Assembly (NCBI GenBank): GCA_947589595.1
Contig: CANQBV010000001.1
Coordinates: 810 to 64,809, forward strand
DNA length: 64,000 bases
DNA from: an uncultured Clostridia bacterium
Lineage (GTDB): Bacteria > Bacillota > Clostridia > Oscillospirales > SIG627
Direction: 5' to 3'
The position numbers and the translations under genes are program-made. The notes beneath the pieces were generated by a model. The model did not search any database and was not told the origin of the DNA. It saw nothing but the letters and a program-made list of their open reading frames with translations. Shown here one piece after another: positions 16,793 to 25,439 of this stretch (position 1 is its first letter; each line of letters begins with the position of its first letter).

Positions 16793-18121
16793 ATGAAAAA
16801 ATTCTACAGATTCTTATGCCTGCTGCTTGCGACAATCCTTTTGTTCTCTTTGGAGGGCTGCGTCTCCGGCGAAAATCCCGACAATACGACCGGCGAATAT
16901 TCCGACAATACGAAAAATACAACGGCGACCGAAGCCGATCCCACGGAAGAAAAAACGCCCTCCGGTGTGAAAATTCCCAAAGTTCCGAACCCGCTGAAAA
17001 AATCGGAAGTGGCGGCTCTGCCGGTGGCGTCGAATTCGATGTCGAACGAAGAACTGCGCGACCTTTGCGTGCGCTTCATGGAAATGCAGGGCTCTTTCCA
17101 GTGGACCGCTTCTGCTGATTTCCACTACCAGCACGCCAGCGCCGCCGCCGCCGACGCCAACGGAAACTTAAACTTCAGCAAAGGCGTCATTTACGGCGGT
17201 CTGCCCTATACGCCCGCTTCCTCCAACCTCTATTCGATGCTGGATTATTACGACGATGAAACCGGGATCTTAGACGTATCGACCCTGAAAACCAATTTCG
17301 GTTCGATCCTCGGTAACGACTGTGCCGACGCGGTCTTCTGGGCGTGGGGGCGCGTTTCCAATTCTATCAGCTACACGCTGACGCACAATATGTTTCCCTA
17401 CAACGGCTGCTTAAAGCTCGGCAATTACACGTATCCCGACAACATTACCAGCTGGAAGGATTATTACACCAGACAGGTCTGCGAAGATAACGGCAAAGAC
17501 ACCATGTACGAAGCCTATGCGCTGCTGCGCAAGGCGGACGGCGTAGTTTGCTACAATTCCGGCGGCGGTCACGCCATGATGTTGGCTGAAAATGCGCACG
17601 TCGTACGCAAGGCCGACGGCTCGATCGACGAAAAAGAAAGCTATATCGTGGTGATGGAGCAGGATTCCACCCTGCGTCCCACTACGGTCGACGGCGTTAC
17701 CGTGCAGGTCGAGGGCGGCATCCGCAACAAGTATTCTTTCCAGAAACTGTTCAGCCAGAGAGGCTTTCTGCCGATCCAGATCGCCGAGCTTGCCGGCACC
17801 AAAGCGATCGATAAGGCCGCCGTTTCGCTCGACGCCGCTGACGGCAGCGATCTGGATGCGGTCATCGCTTCTAAGCTGAAATCCAATTACCGCATTTCCA
17901 AAGTGATCGTGACGTTCACCGACGCCGATGGCAAAGTCGCTTACGAAGGCTTTAGTTACGGGAAGGAAGCAACGATGTATGAAATGCCTATGAGCAGCGC
18001 GCTGCGCAGAGCAACTCTCTCCCGCAGCCTGAAAGAGGGGCAGGAATATACGCTCACGGTTTCCGTCCTGGTCAGCACCGGCGAGACTCTGACGGCTTAC
18101 ACCGGAGCGGTCACGTTCTAA
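16793..18121 (+). CDS. lipoprotein, paralog 2 of array: single Cys-His-Glu module + C-terminal beta-rich domain
   Basis: 442 aa. Signal peptide ending LFSLEGC. Motifs LPVASNSMSNEELRDLCVRF, LGNDCADAVFWAWGRVS (Cys codon 17321-17323), ADGVVCYNSGGGHAMM (His codon 17570-17572) and IVVMEQ. Confidence 0.85.
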   Translation: MKKFYRFLCLLLATILLFSLEGCVSGENPDNTTGEYSDNTKNTTATEADPTEEKTPSGVKIPKVPNPLKKSEVAALPVASNSMSNEELRDLCVRFMEMQGSFQWTASADFHYQHASAAAADANGNLNFSKGVIYGGLPYTPASSNLYSMLDYYDDETGILDVSTLKTNFGSILGNDCADAVFWAWGRVSNSISYTLTHNMFPYNGCLKLGNYTYPDNITSWKDYYTRQVCEDNGKDTMYEAYALLRKADGVVCYNSGGGHAMMLAENAHVVRKADGSIDEKESYIVVMEQDSTLRPTTVDGVTVQVEGGIRNKYSFQKLFSQRGFLPIQIAELAGTKAIDKAAVSLDAADGSDLDAVIASKLKSNYRISKVIVTFTDADGKVAYEGFSYGKEATMYEMPMSSALRRATLSRSLKEGQEYTLTVSVLVSTGETLTAYTGAVTF

Positions 18122-18137
18122 ATTTTACGGTTTTCTA

Positions 18138-18166
18138 TTGCATTCAGAAAGAAATCCTTTTATAAT
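18138..18166 (+). promoter_or_regulatory. candidate promoter of paralog 3
   Basis: TTGCAT (18138-18143), 17-nt spacer, TATAAT (18161-18166). Confidence 0.5.
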
Positions 18167-18219
18167 GCTTTCGGAAAAGGCACTCGTTTTATTACCTGTT
18201 TTTTAAAGGAGAAATTTCA

Positions 18220-19533
18220 ATGACGATGAAAAGAATGTTGGCGCTCTTATTTGCGCTTGTTATGCTGGTAAGTGCGGTTTCCTGCGGGGGACCCAGCCTT
18301 TCTTCCACCGGCGCCGGCGAAAACCCGGCTACCGCGGCAGAGACCAAAGAAGATGCCCCGCCGGAAAAAAAGTACCCGACCATCAGCCACCCGCTGACAA
18401 AGGCGGAAATCGATGCACTTCCCATTGCCAATTCTTCCATGACAAACGAAGAATTGCGCGACCTTTGCGTGCAGTACACAACGCTCATGACCTCGGTGGT
18501 CTGGACGCCCTCGCAGAGCTTTCGCTATGAATGCAGCTACGCCGGCGACGCAGACGCCGCCGGCTACATCTCCATCTCCGACGGCGTCCGCTACGGCGGC
18601 CTGCCCTATACCAGCGCCGCGAGTGATCTGACTCCGTTTATGGATCTTTACGACGAAAAAACCGGCGTTCTGGACGTCAGCAAGCTCGGCAGCAACGTCG
18701 GCAACGTCATTGGCAACAACTGCGCCACCTGTGTGTTCTGGGGTTGGTCGCGCGTTTCCGGCTCGATCAACTATTACGGCACGGTCACCATGACGCAGGC
18801 CAACGGCTGCTTAAAGCTCGGCCCGTACACGTATGATCTGACCCAGACGGACTTCAGGACCGTGGGGACCGGTAAAATCTGCGAGCAGAACGGCGAACAG
18901 ACCATGTACGAATCCTACGCGCTGCTGCGCAAAGCGGACGGCGTGGTGATGTATAACGGCGGCACCACCGGCCACACCCGCATGGTGCGGGAAAACGCCC
19001 AGGTTGTGCGAAATGCCGACGGTACCATCGACGGCGACAAGAGCACCGTGAAATTCGTGGAGCAGTATTCCACCCAAACCTCCGTGCAGACGGAGGACGG
19101 CAACGTGCAGTTCATCGGCGGTATGGAAAGAGAATATACCTTTAAAAAGCTTTTCAGCAACCACTATATCCCGTTTGAAATTGCAGAACTGGCCGACAGC
19201 TCCAAGATTCAAAAAGGCGCCGTTTCGCTGGGGCTCGACAAAGATACCGTTACGGTCGAAGAGGTCTCAAACGCCAAGGTCCAGGCAAACTACGCCATTT
19301 CCAAAACTACCGTCCGCGTTTTCGAAGAAAACGGGGAACTCGCTTATGAAAATTCCGCCTATGGCAGCGCCAAAGGGATCGGTATGCAGAGAACCATGGA
19401 AATGAGCCGCATCCTCAGCGCCGTCAACATCCGCCGCAACCTTAAAGCCGGCACAAAGTACAAGATCGAAGTACAGGTTCGCCTCGGCAACGGCGAAACG
19501 ATCACCGCCTACAGCGGTTCCGTACAAGCATAG
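18220..19533 (+). CDS. lipoprotein, paralog 3 of array: single Cys-His-Glu module + C-terminal beta-rich domain
   Basis: 437 aa. RBS AAGGAG at 18206. Signal peptide MTMKRMLALLFALVMLVSAVSC. Motifs LPIANSSMTNEELRDLCVQY, IGNNCATCVFWGWSRVS (Cys codon 18721-18723), ADGVVMYNGGTTGHTRM and KFVEQ. Confidence 0.85.
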   Translation: MTMKRMLALLFALVMLVSAVSCGGPSLSSTGAGENPATAAETKEDAPPEKKYPTISHPLTKAEIDALPIANSSMTNEELRDLCVQYTTLMTSVVWTPSQSFRYECSYAGDADAAGYISISDGVRYGGLPYTSAASDLTPFMDLYDEKTGVLDVSKLGSNVGNVIGNNCATCVFWGWSRVSGSINYYGTVTMTQANGCLKLGPYTYDLTQTDFRTVGTGKICEQNGEQTMYESYALLRKADGVVMYNGGTTGHTRMVRENAQVVRNADGTIDGDKSTVKFVEQYSTQTSVQTEDGNVQFIGGMEREYTFKKLFSNHYIPFEIAELADSSKIQKGAVSLGLDKDTVTVEEVSNAKVQANYAISKTTVRVFEENGELAYENSAYGSAKGIGMQRTMEMSRILSAVNIRRNLKAGTKYKIEVQVRLGNGETITAYSGSVQA

Positions 19534-19538
19534 TTTCA

Positions 19539-19583
19539 AAGGCAACCGGTGCAAAAAAACTGCATTGGTTGCCTTTGTTTTTG
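19539..19583 (+). terminator. rho-independent terminator after paralog 3
   Basis: Stem AAGGCAACC (19539-19547) / GGTTGCCTT (19567-19575), followed by TGTTTTTG. Confidence 0.7.
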
Positions 19584-19603
19584 TATAGAAGGAGAAAAAA
19601 ACA

Positions 19604-21910
19604 ATGCAGCAAGAAGAAAAGGAGCTCACGATCGAAAACGGATATCCGGTGATCCGGCGTCCGTTCAAAAGAGCAGAACTTGAATCTCTGCCGATCGCGA
19701 ACGACCAAATGACCGAAGACGAACTGCGCGAAATCTGCGTGCGCTATGCGCTGATGGAAACTTCCATTCCTTGGACGCCGTCCCGGGATCTCGTGTACCC
19801 TTGCCCAACGGCGAAGGGCGCCGATAAGTATGGCAATATCACCTGCCTGAAAGGCAATCTCTACGTGGGCATTCCCTATACCCACGCCGGGCGCGACTAT
19901 TCGAATTTTCTGGATTTTATCGATGAAGAAACCGGCGTCCTGCAGGTCGATAAGCTTGGCGAGCATCCCGAAAAAGTGATCGGCAACAACTGTGCGACCT
20001 CCGTTTTCTGGGGGTGGGCGAGGGTGACCGGCAGTCTTTCTTATTCGCTCACACGATTTATGATGCCCAGCCACGGATGCACAAAGCTCGGAACCTATGA
20101 ATACGACATGAGCATCAAGGATTTTGCCGATTTCGGCACCAAAAAAATTTGCACGAATAACGGCGAGCAAGTGATGTTCGAATCCTACGCGCTGGCGAAA
20201 AAGGCGGACGGCGTGGTGAAAAACAACGGCGCCGGTCACGCTATGATGGTCATGGAGGACGCCGTGGCGGTTCGCAATGAAGACGGCACCATCAACGGGG
20301 AAGAGAGCTATCTCTACGTTGTCGAGCAGTTTTCCGTGCGTTCCGTGACCGAAACCGAAGACGGCGCGGCCGAACGAGTCGGCGCGGTGCGCAACAAAAA
20401 GACCTTCCTGGATCTCTATAAAGACGGGAACATCGTCTTCCGGATCCCTGAGCTCGCCGGGCTTTTGCCGGTGCAAAAAGCGTGGGTTAAGCATACTTTC
20501 CCGGAGGGAGAATTGACGCTTCCGGATCTGGCGATGGCGCGCGTATATGCCAACTACGCCATTTCCCGCGTGGATCTTTCTCTTTCGGCCAACGGGAAAG
20601 AACTGCACCACGCAGTGGGCTACGGCAGAGTCTGGGAAGAGAATCGCAGTTTTTCCCTCATGGAGCTGGATCTGCCGGAAACGCTGTCCGAGCCGGCTGC
20701 CGACGTGAAAATCGCCGTGCGCCTCGGCAACGGCGAAAGCTTCACCGCCTACGAGGGCAAGGTCATAGCGAGCTGCGAGATCCCTAAAATTTCCCACCCG
20801 ATCACCAAGTACGACGTGGACGCGCTGCTGCCGGTAGCGAATGACGAAATGACCGAAGACGAGCTGCGCGATTTGTGCGTGCGCTACGCCGTGCTGCAGG
20901 CCTCCATGCCCTGGACGCTCTCCCAGACTGCCTATTACCTCTGCGCTTCGGCTCCCACGGCCGACAAAAACGGCAATATCCGCTTGCCGGCCGGCAGGCT
21001 CTACGGCGGCTTGCCCTACACCCACGCGGGGCACGATCTCTATAATTTCCTCGATTATTGCGATGCTTCGACCGGCGTTCTGGATACGGAGCGCCTGGGA
21101 CTTGGCATGGGCAGGATCCTCGGCAACAACTGCGCGAGCGCCATGTACTGGGCGTGGGGGCGCATTTCCAGCCACGTGCGCTATTCCTATACCGGTACTA
21201 TGCTGCCCGCCCGCGGCTGCTTGAAGCTCGGCCCCTATGAATACGATACCACCATTTCCAATTTCAACCAGTTCGGTACCAGAAAGATCTGCAAGGCCAA
21301 TGGGGAACAGGTGATGTTCGAGTCTTATGCGCTCATGAAAAAGGGCGACGGCTTTGTTCTTTCCAATGACAACCATGGCCACGCCAGCATGGCCATGGAG
21401 GACGCCGTGACCGTGCGCAACGGAGACGGCACCATCAACGGCGACGAAAGCTACGTCGTAATCGTGGAACAGCATGCGCCCCTGACCTTGCGCGAATCCG
21501 AGGACGGCCCCGTTTACAACGTGGGCGGCGTGGGAAATCAATTAAGCTTCAACAAGCTTTTCCAGCTGAGCGATATCCCGTTCCGCGTGCCTGAGCTCGC
21601 CGGGCTCATGAAGGTTTCCAAGGCCAGCTTTGCTTTCACGCTGGAAGTGGTCGGAGCGCCTACCTACGCCCAGCTCGGGGACGCCAAGCTCACCTGCAAT
21701 TACCCGATCTCGCAGGTGTGGCTGACCGTGAAGGACCGCACCGGCAAGACCCACACCTTCACCGGCTACGGTACGGTGGCAGACGCGAACGTTTTCCCGT
21801 TGAACCGGCTGAATCTTCCGCAGTCGCTCCCCGCCGGGAAACTCACGATCACGGCGCGCGCCGGCAACGGCGACGTTCAGACCGTCTACGAAAAATACCT
21901 GCTGAAATAA
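19604..21910 (+). CDS. paralog 4 of array: signal-less protein with two tandem Cys-His-Glu modules (residues 1-390 and 391-768)
   Basis: 768 aa. RBS GAAGGAGA upstream of ATG 19604; no hydrophobic N-terminus. Module motifs occur twice: IGNNCATSVFWGWARVT (Cys codon 19991-19993) and LGNNCASAMYWAWGRIS (Cys codon 21131-21133); GAGHAMM and NHGHASM; YVVEQ and VIVEQ. Confidence 0.85.
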   Translation: MQQEEKELTIENGYPVIRRPFKRAELESLPIANDQMTEDELREICVRYALMETSIPWTPSRDLVYPCPTAKGADKYGNITCLKGNLYVGIPYTHAGRDYSNFLDFIDEETGVLQVDKLGEHPEKVIGNNCATSVFWGWARVTGSLSYSLTRFMMPSHGCTKLGTYEYDMSIKDFADFGTKKICTNNGEQVMFESYALAKKADGVVKNNGAGHAMMVMEDAVAVRNEDGTINGEESYLYVVEQFSVRSVTETEDGAAERVGAVRNKKTFLDLYKDGNIVFRIPELAGLLPVQKAWVKHTFPEGELTLPDLAMARVYANYAISRVDLSLSANGKELHHAVGYGRVWEENRSFSLMELDLPETLSEPAADVKIAVRLGNGESFTAYEGKVIASCEIPKISHPITKYDVDALLPVANDEMTEDELRDLCVRYAVLQASMPWTLSQTAYYLCASAPTADKNGNIRLPAGRLYGGLPYTHAGHDLYNFLDYCDASTGVLDTERLGLGMGRILGNNCASAMYWAWGRISSHVRYSYTGTMLPARGCLKLGPYEYDTTISNFNQFGTRKICKANGEQVMFESYALMKKGDGFVLSNDNHGHASMAMEDAVTVRNGDGTINGDESYVVIVEQHAPLTLRESEDGPVYNVGGVGNQLSFNKLFQLSDIPFRVPELAGLMKVSKASFAFTLEVVGAPTYAQLGDAKLTCNYPISQVWLTVKDRTGKTHTFTGYGTVADANVFPLNRLNLPQSLPAGKLTITARAGNGDVQTVYEKYLLK

Positions 21911-21918
21911 CCGAAAAA

Positions 21919-21949
21919 GGCTTTCCGAAATGATCGGAAAGCCTTTTTT
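21919..21949 (+). terminator. rho-independent terminator after paralog 4
   Basis: 10-bp stem GGCTTTCCGA (21919-21928) / TCGGAAAGCC (21934-21943) followed by TTTTTT. Confidence 0.85.
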
Positions 21950-21986
21950 GTGCAAGCGGGCACGGGGCACGGCTGCAATTTTATGG

Positions 21987-22015
21987 TTGTGTTTTTACGG
22001 GCGCTATGGTATAAT
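21987..22015 (+). promoter_or_regulatory. candidate promoter (extended -10) of the permuted papain-like gene
   Basis: TTGTGT (21987-21992), 17-nt spacer, TATAAT (22010-22015), with TG at 22007-22008. Confidence 0.4.
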
Positions 22016-22053
22016 ATTTTCAGGCCAAAGTCGAAATCAAGGAGGCAGCAGAA

Positions 22054-22704
22054 GTGCCGGAAGAAGCATACTTATACGTCATTTTTTCCTCAACGCCCTG
22101 TAAGGTCGGCGCGTCTATCCGTTTTTTTACTCATCACTTTTACAACCACGTTTCGATCGCTTTCTGCAAGGATCTGCGGGAAATGTATTCCTATGCGCGT
22201 CACTTCCACGATACGCCGTTTTACGCCGGCATCGTTTGCGAAAGAGCCAATCGATTTCTGCGCCGCGGCACAAGAAAAACCAAGATCAAAGTCATGCGCC
22301 TGCCGGTGGAAAAGGAAAAACTAGCCGCTCTGCAAAAGCACTGCGAAAGTCTCTATGCCGCGCGCGAACGAACCGTTTATAACTTTTATTCTGCCTTTCT
22401 GGTGCCGCTCGGAAAGCGGGTGCTTTTGAAAAACAGCTATACCTGCGCGGAATTTTCGCTCGATTCCATTTGCCGCGCGGGGGATTTCGGGCTTAACCCC
22501 GAAGCGTTTTACAGCATAGCCGAAATGGAAAAGCGCTTGGCTGCGTTTTGTATCTATGAAGGGGATTACCCCGAAACCACGCCGCTTCTGACCGATGATT
22601 TCGACACGCCCCACAGCTTTTTTGCCATGCTCGGCCTGTCGCTTGCTTTGCAGGGGCGGCTGTGGAAAAAATTTTTGTCGGAAAAAATCTTAAAAAGTTC
22701 TTAA
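22054..22704 (+). CDS. circularly permuted papain-like (YiiX/YaeF C92 or LRAT-like order: His then Cys) protein
   Basis: 216 aa. GTG start 8 nt after AAGGAGG. N-terminal YLYVIFSSTPCKVGASIRFFTHHFYNHVSIAF (His codon 22147-22149) resembles the GD..F....I...T...Y.HVGI motif of YiiX-type enzymes. The later SYTCAEFSL (Cys codon 22444-22446) would supply the nucleophile. Confidence 0.6.
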   Translation: MPEEAYLYVIFSSTPCKVGASIRFFTHHFYNHVSIAFCKDLREMYSYARHFHDTPFYAGIVCERANRFLRRGTRKTKIKVMRLPVEKEKLAALQKHCESLYAARERTVYNFYSAFLVPLGKRVLLKNSYTCAEFSLDSICRAGDFGLNPEAFYSIAEMEKRLAAFCIYEGDYPETTPLLTDDFDTPHSFFAMLGLSLALQGRLWKKFLSEKILKSS

Positions 22705-22764
22705 AACATTTGGCGCTTGTTTCTTAAAAAAATATCTGCTATGCTTTTTTCGGAGGGCAAAACG

Positions 22765-23469
22765 ATGACCAATATTTTAATTTGCGATGATGAAAAAGAT
22801 ATCGTTGCCGCTTTGAAGATTTATCTTTCCGCCGAAGGGTACCGGATTTTTGAAGCCTACAACGGAAAAGAAGCGCTGGCGGTGTTGGAGCGCGAGGAGA
22901 TCCATTTGATTTTAATGGATATCATGATGCCGGAAATGGACGGGATTACCGCAATTTCCAAACTGCGCGAAACCTACCGGATCCCGGTGATTTTCCTGAG
23001 CGCCAAGAGTGAAGACAGCGATAAAATTTTGGGTCTGAACATTGGCGCCGATGACTATATTACCAAGCCGTTCAATCCCGTAGAGGTAACGGCAAGAGTC
23101 AAATCTCAGCTCCGCCGTTATTTGAATTTCGGTACGGCCGAAAAAAAGCCGGAGCAGGAAAGCCGCTATTCCGTAGGCGGCCTGGAGCTGGACGACAAAA
23201 GCAAGGAGTGCTTTCTGTATGGCGAAAAAATCAACTTAACGCCGACGGAGTTTGATATTTTAAAGCTTTTCATGCAGCACCCCGGAGAGGTGCTTTCCCC
23301 GAAAAATATTTACCAAAAGGTGTGGAAGGAAGCGCCCTACGGCGCCGAAAGCACCGTCGCCGTGCACATTCGCCATATCCGTGAAAAAATTGAAATCAAC
23401 CCCGCCGAGCCGCGTTTTCTGAAGGTCGTGTGGGCGCAGGGGTATAAGCTGGAGAAAGATGTGAAATGA
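22765..23469 (+). CDS. OmpR/PhoB-family response regulator
   Basis: Start at ATG 22765 (GGAGGG at 22752). Receiver motifs ILICDDEKD and LILMDIMMPEMDG. C-terminal winged-helix region LTPTEFDILKLFMQHPGEVLS..VW. Confidence 0.93.
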   Translation: MTNILICDDEKDIVAALKIYLSAEGYRIFEAYNGKEALAVLEREEIHLILMDIMMPEMDGITAISKLRETYRIPVIFLSAKSEDSDKILGLNIGADDYITKPFNPVEVTARVKSQLRRYLNFGTAEKKPEQESRYSVGGLELDDKSKECFLYGEKINLTPTEFDILKLFMQHPGEVLSPKNIYQKVWKEAPYGAESTVAVHIRHIREKIEINPAEPRFLKVVWAQGYKLEKDVK

Positions 23470-25427
23470 AAAAAATCACCACCAGTTTAATTCTGAAAAT
23501 TACCGCGTTCTTTTTGGTGACGGTCACTTTCGCTTTGACACTGATCTCCGCCGTGGGGATCGTGGCGCTGCTCGAGATCGGCGCGTATGAATATTCCGAG
23601 GATTTCGTTTTGCGGGACTATACGGAAAGCTATCTGTACAGCGAGGGGTATTCTCTGGCAAACCGCTATCACGACAGCGGCGTCGCGCTCACTCCCGGCC
23701 TGCAGACCAACTACTACTACCAGATTTCGGACGCCGACGGGCAGATTCTGGAAACGAACTTTAACGGCGAGGATTATTTTGTAAAGGTGCAGACGCGCCT
23801 GAGCTTTCGTACCTACGTTTCTCCTGAAGAAAGCTATACGGATTTCTTTTTATATGGAGAGGAGGAAGAGGCGAAGCTGGAGGTACCGGAAGTCGATTAC
23901 GGGAAATATATCGTCGAGGAATACCACATTACGCTCTGGAGCAAAACAGAGCTTGTGGTGCAGGATCGTCTGTATCTGTTTAACACGGTCTACGATCTGG
24001 CCTATTCGCTGCGCTATTGGGCGTTTGTTTTCCTTTTGGTCTTCGGCGTTTCTACCCTCATTTTGATGATCTTTCTCTATTGCAGCGCCGGCCACCGGAA
24101 AGAGGCGGAAAAGCCGCAGCTCAACTATTTGGACCGAATCCCGTTTGATTTGTATTCTCTGTTCTTTTTCGCGCTGGCTTTTTTGGAAATCGCGCTCTTT
24201 TCTGAAAACGGGCTCTGGTTTCTCCCCACGCTCTATGCCGTGGCGTTCCTGTTCGTGGTCGCGGTGGTGGATTTTCTCCTCTTTATGGCCTATACGCTCA
24301 GCTTTGCCACGCGTGTGAAAACCGGCACGCTTTTCAAAAATACCGTGCTCCGGCACGTTTTTCACTGGCTGGGAAAGGGCGTAAAAGCCGTTTGGTCCGG
24401 AATTACCTGGGTGGCGTCGAATCTGCCGCTGATCTGGAAAGCCTGCATTTGGCTGTTTGTGCTGGTTCTTTTTCAGTTGCTACTGGGGATCTTTACGGAA
24501 AATATTGTGGCCTTTTCTGCTTTGGCAATGGAAATGTTCATTTTCGTGCCGTTTGTCATTTACTACGCCATCCAATTGCAAAAGCTGCAAAAAGCCGGAG
24601 AAGAAATTTCCAAGGGCGATCTGAATTACCGTGTGCAGACCGATAATATGACGCCGAATCTAAAAAAGCACGCCGAGAATCTCAACAGCATCAGCCTCGG
24701 CATGTCGCGTGCGGTGGAAGAACGGCTGAAAAGCGAACGTTTTAAAACCGAACTGATCACCAACGTCTCGCACGATATCAAAACGCCGCTTACTTCGATT
24801 ATCAATTATGTGAATCTTTTGCAAAAGGAAGATTTGCAAAACGAAAGAGCCCGACAGTATCTGGAGGTGCTGGATCGCCAGTCGAACCGTCTGAAAAAAT
24901 TGGTGGTCGATCTGGTGGAGGCGTCCAAGGCCTCCAGCGGGGCGATCAAAGTCGAATTTGCCCCGTGCGAAGTCAATATCCTGCTGCAGCAGGCAGTGGG
25001 CGAATATCAGGAAAAATTCCAGAACGCCGCCCTGGAAGTGGTGCTGACTCTGCCGGAGGAACCGATCGTGATCCTGGCGGACGGGCGGCATCTGTGGCGG
25101 GTGTTCGATAACCTGATGAACAACATCGCCAAATATGCGCAAAGCGGAACGCGCGTTTATCTTTCTTTGGAACATCGGGAAAACCGGGTATTTATTTCTT
25201 TCCGCAATATTTCCCGCGCGCCTTTGAATATCCCCGGTGAGGAACTGATGGAGCGCTTTGTGCGCGGCGACAGCTCGCGCAATACGGAGGGGAGCGGACT
25301 GGGGCTTTCCATTGCCAGAAGCCTGGTCGAGCTGCAAAACGGCATACTGACCCTTGTGGTGGATGGAGATTTATTTAAAGTCGTTCTTTCTTTTGAAGCG
25401 TTTCAAAGTCCAAGTCTTCCGCAATAA
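23466..25427 (+). CDS. sensor histidine kinase (large polytopic N-terminal sensor region)
   Basis: 653 aa; ATGA overlap with the regulator stop. N-terminal TM, ~150-aa extracytoplasmic segment, several further TM helices. H-box VSHDIKTPLTSI. ATPase boxes NLMNNIAKY and GSGLGLSIARSLV. Confidence 0.9.
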   Translation: MKKITTSLILKITAFFLVTVTFALTLISAVGIVALLEIGAYEYSEDFVLRDYTESYLYSEGYSLANRYHDSGVALTPGLQTNYYYQISDADGQILETNFNGEDYFVKVQTRLSFRTYVSPEESYTDFFLYGEEEEAKLEVPEVDYGKYIVEEYHITLWSKTELVVQDRLYLFNTVYDLAYSLRYWAFVFLLVFGVSTLILMIFLYCSAGHRKEAEKPQLNYLDRIPFDLYSLFFFALAFLEIALFSENGLWFLPTLYAVAFLFVVAVVDFLLFMAYTLSFATRVKTGTLFKNTVLRHVFHWLGKGVKAVWSGITWVASNLPLIWKACIWLFVLVLFQLLLGIFTENIVAFSALAMEMFIFVPFVIYYAIQLQKLQKAGEEISKGDLNYRVQTDNMTPNLKKHAENLNSISLGMSRAVEERLKSERFKTELITNVSHDIKTPLTSIINYVNLLQKEDLQNERARQYLEVLDRQSNRLKKLVVDLVEASKASSGAIKVEFAPCEVNILLQQAVGEYQEKFQNAALEVVLTLPEEPIVILADGRHLWRVFDNLMNNIAKYAQSGTRVYLSLEHRENRVFISFRNISRAPLNIPGEELMERFVRGDSSRNTEGSGLGLSIARSLVELQNGILTLVVDGDLFKVVLSFEAFQSPSLPQ

Positions 25428-25439
25428 AGGAGAAAAGGC

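Noticed and set aside
14401-21910. Diversity-generating retroelement (DGR) or phase-variation explanation for the paralog array.
   Set aside because: No reverse transcriptase, template repeat, invertible-repeat pair or recombinase gene appears anywhere in the window. Differences between modules are spread over the whole length, not focused in a C-terminal variable region.
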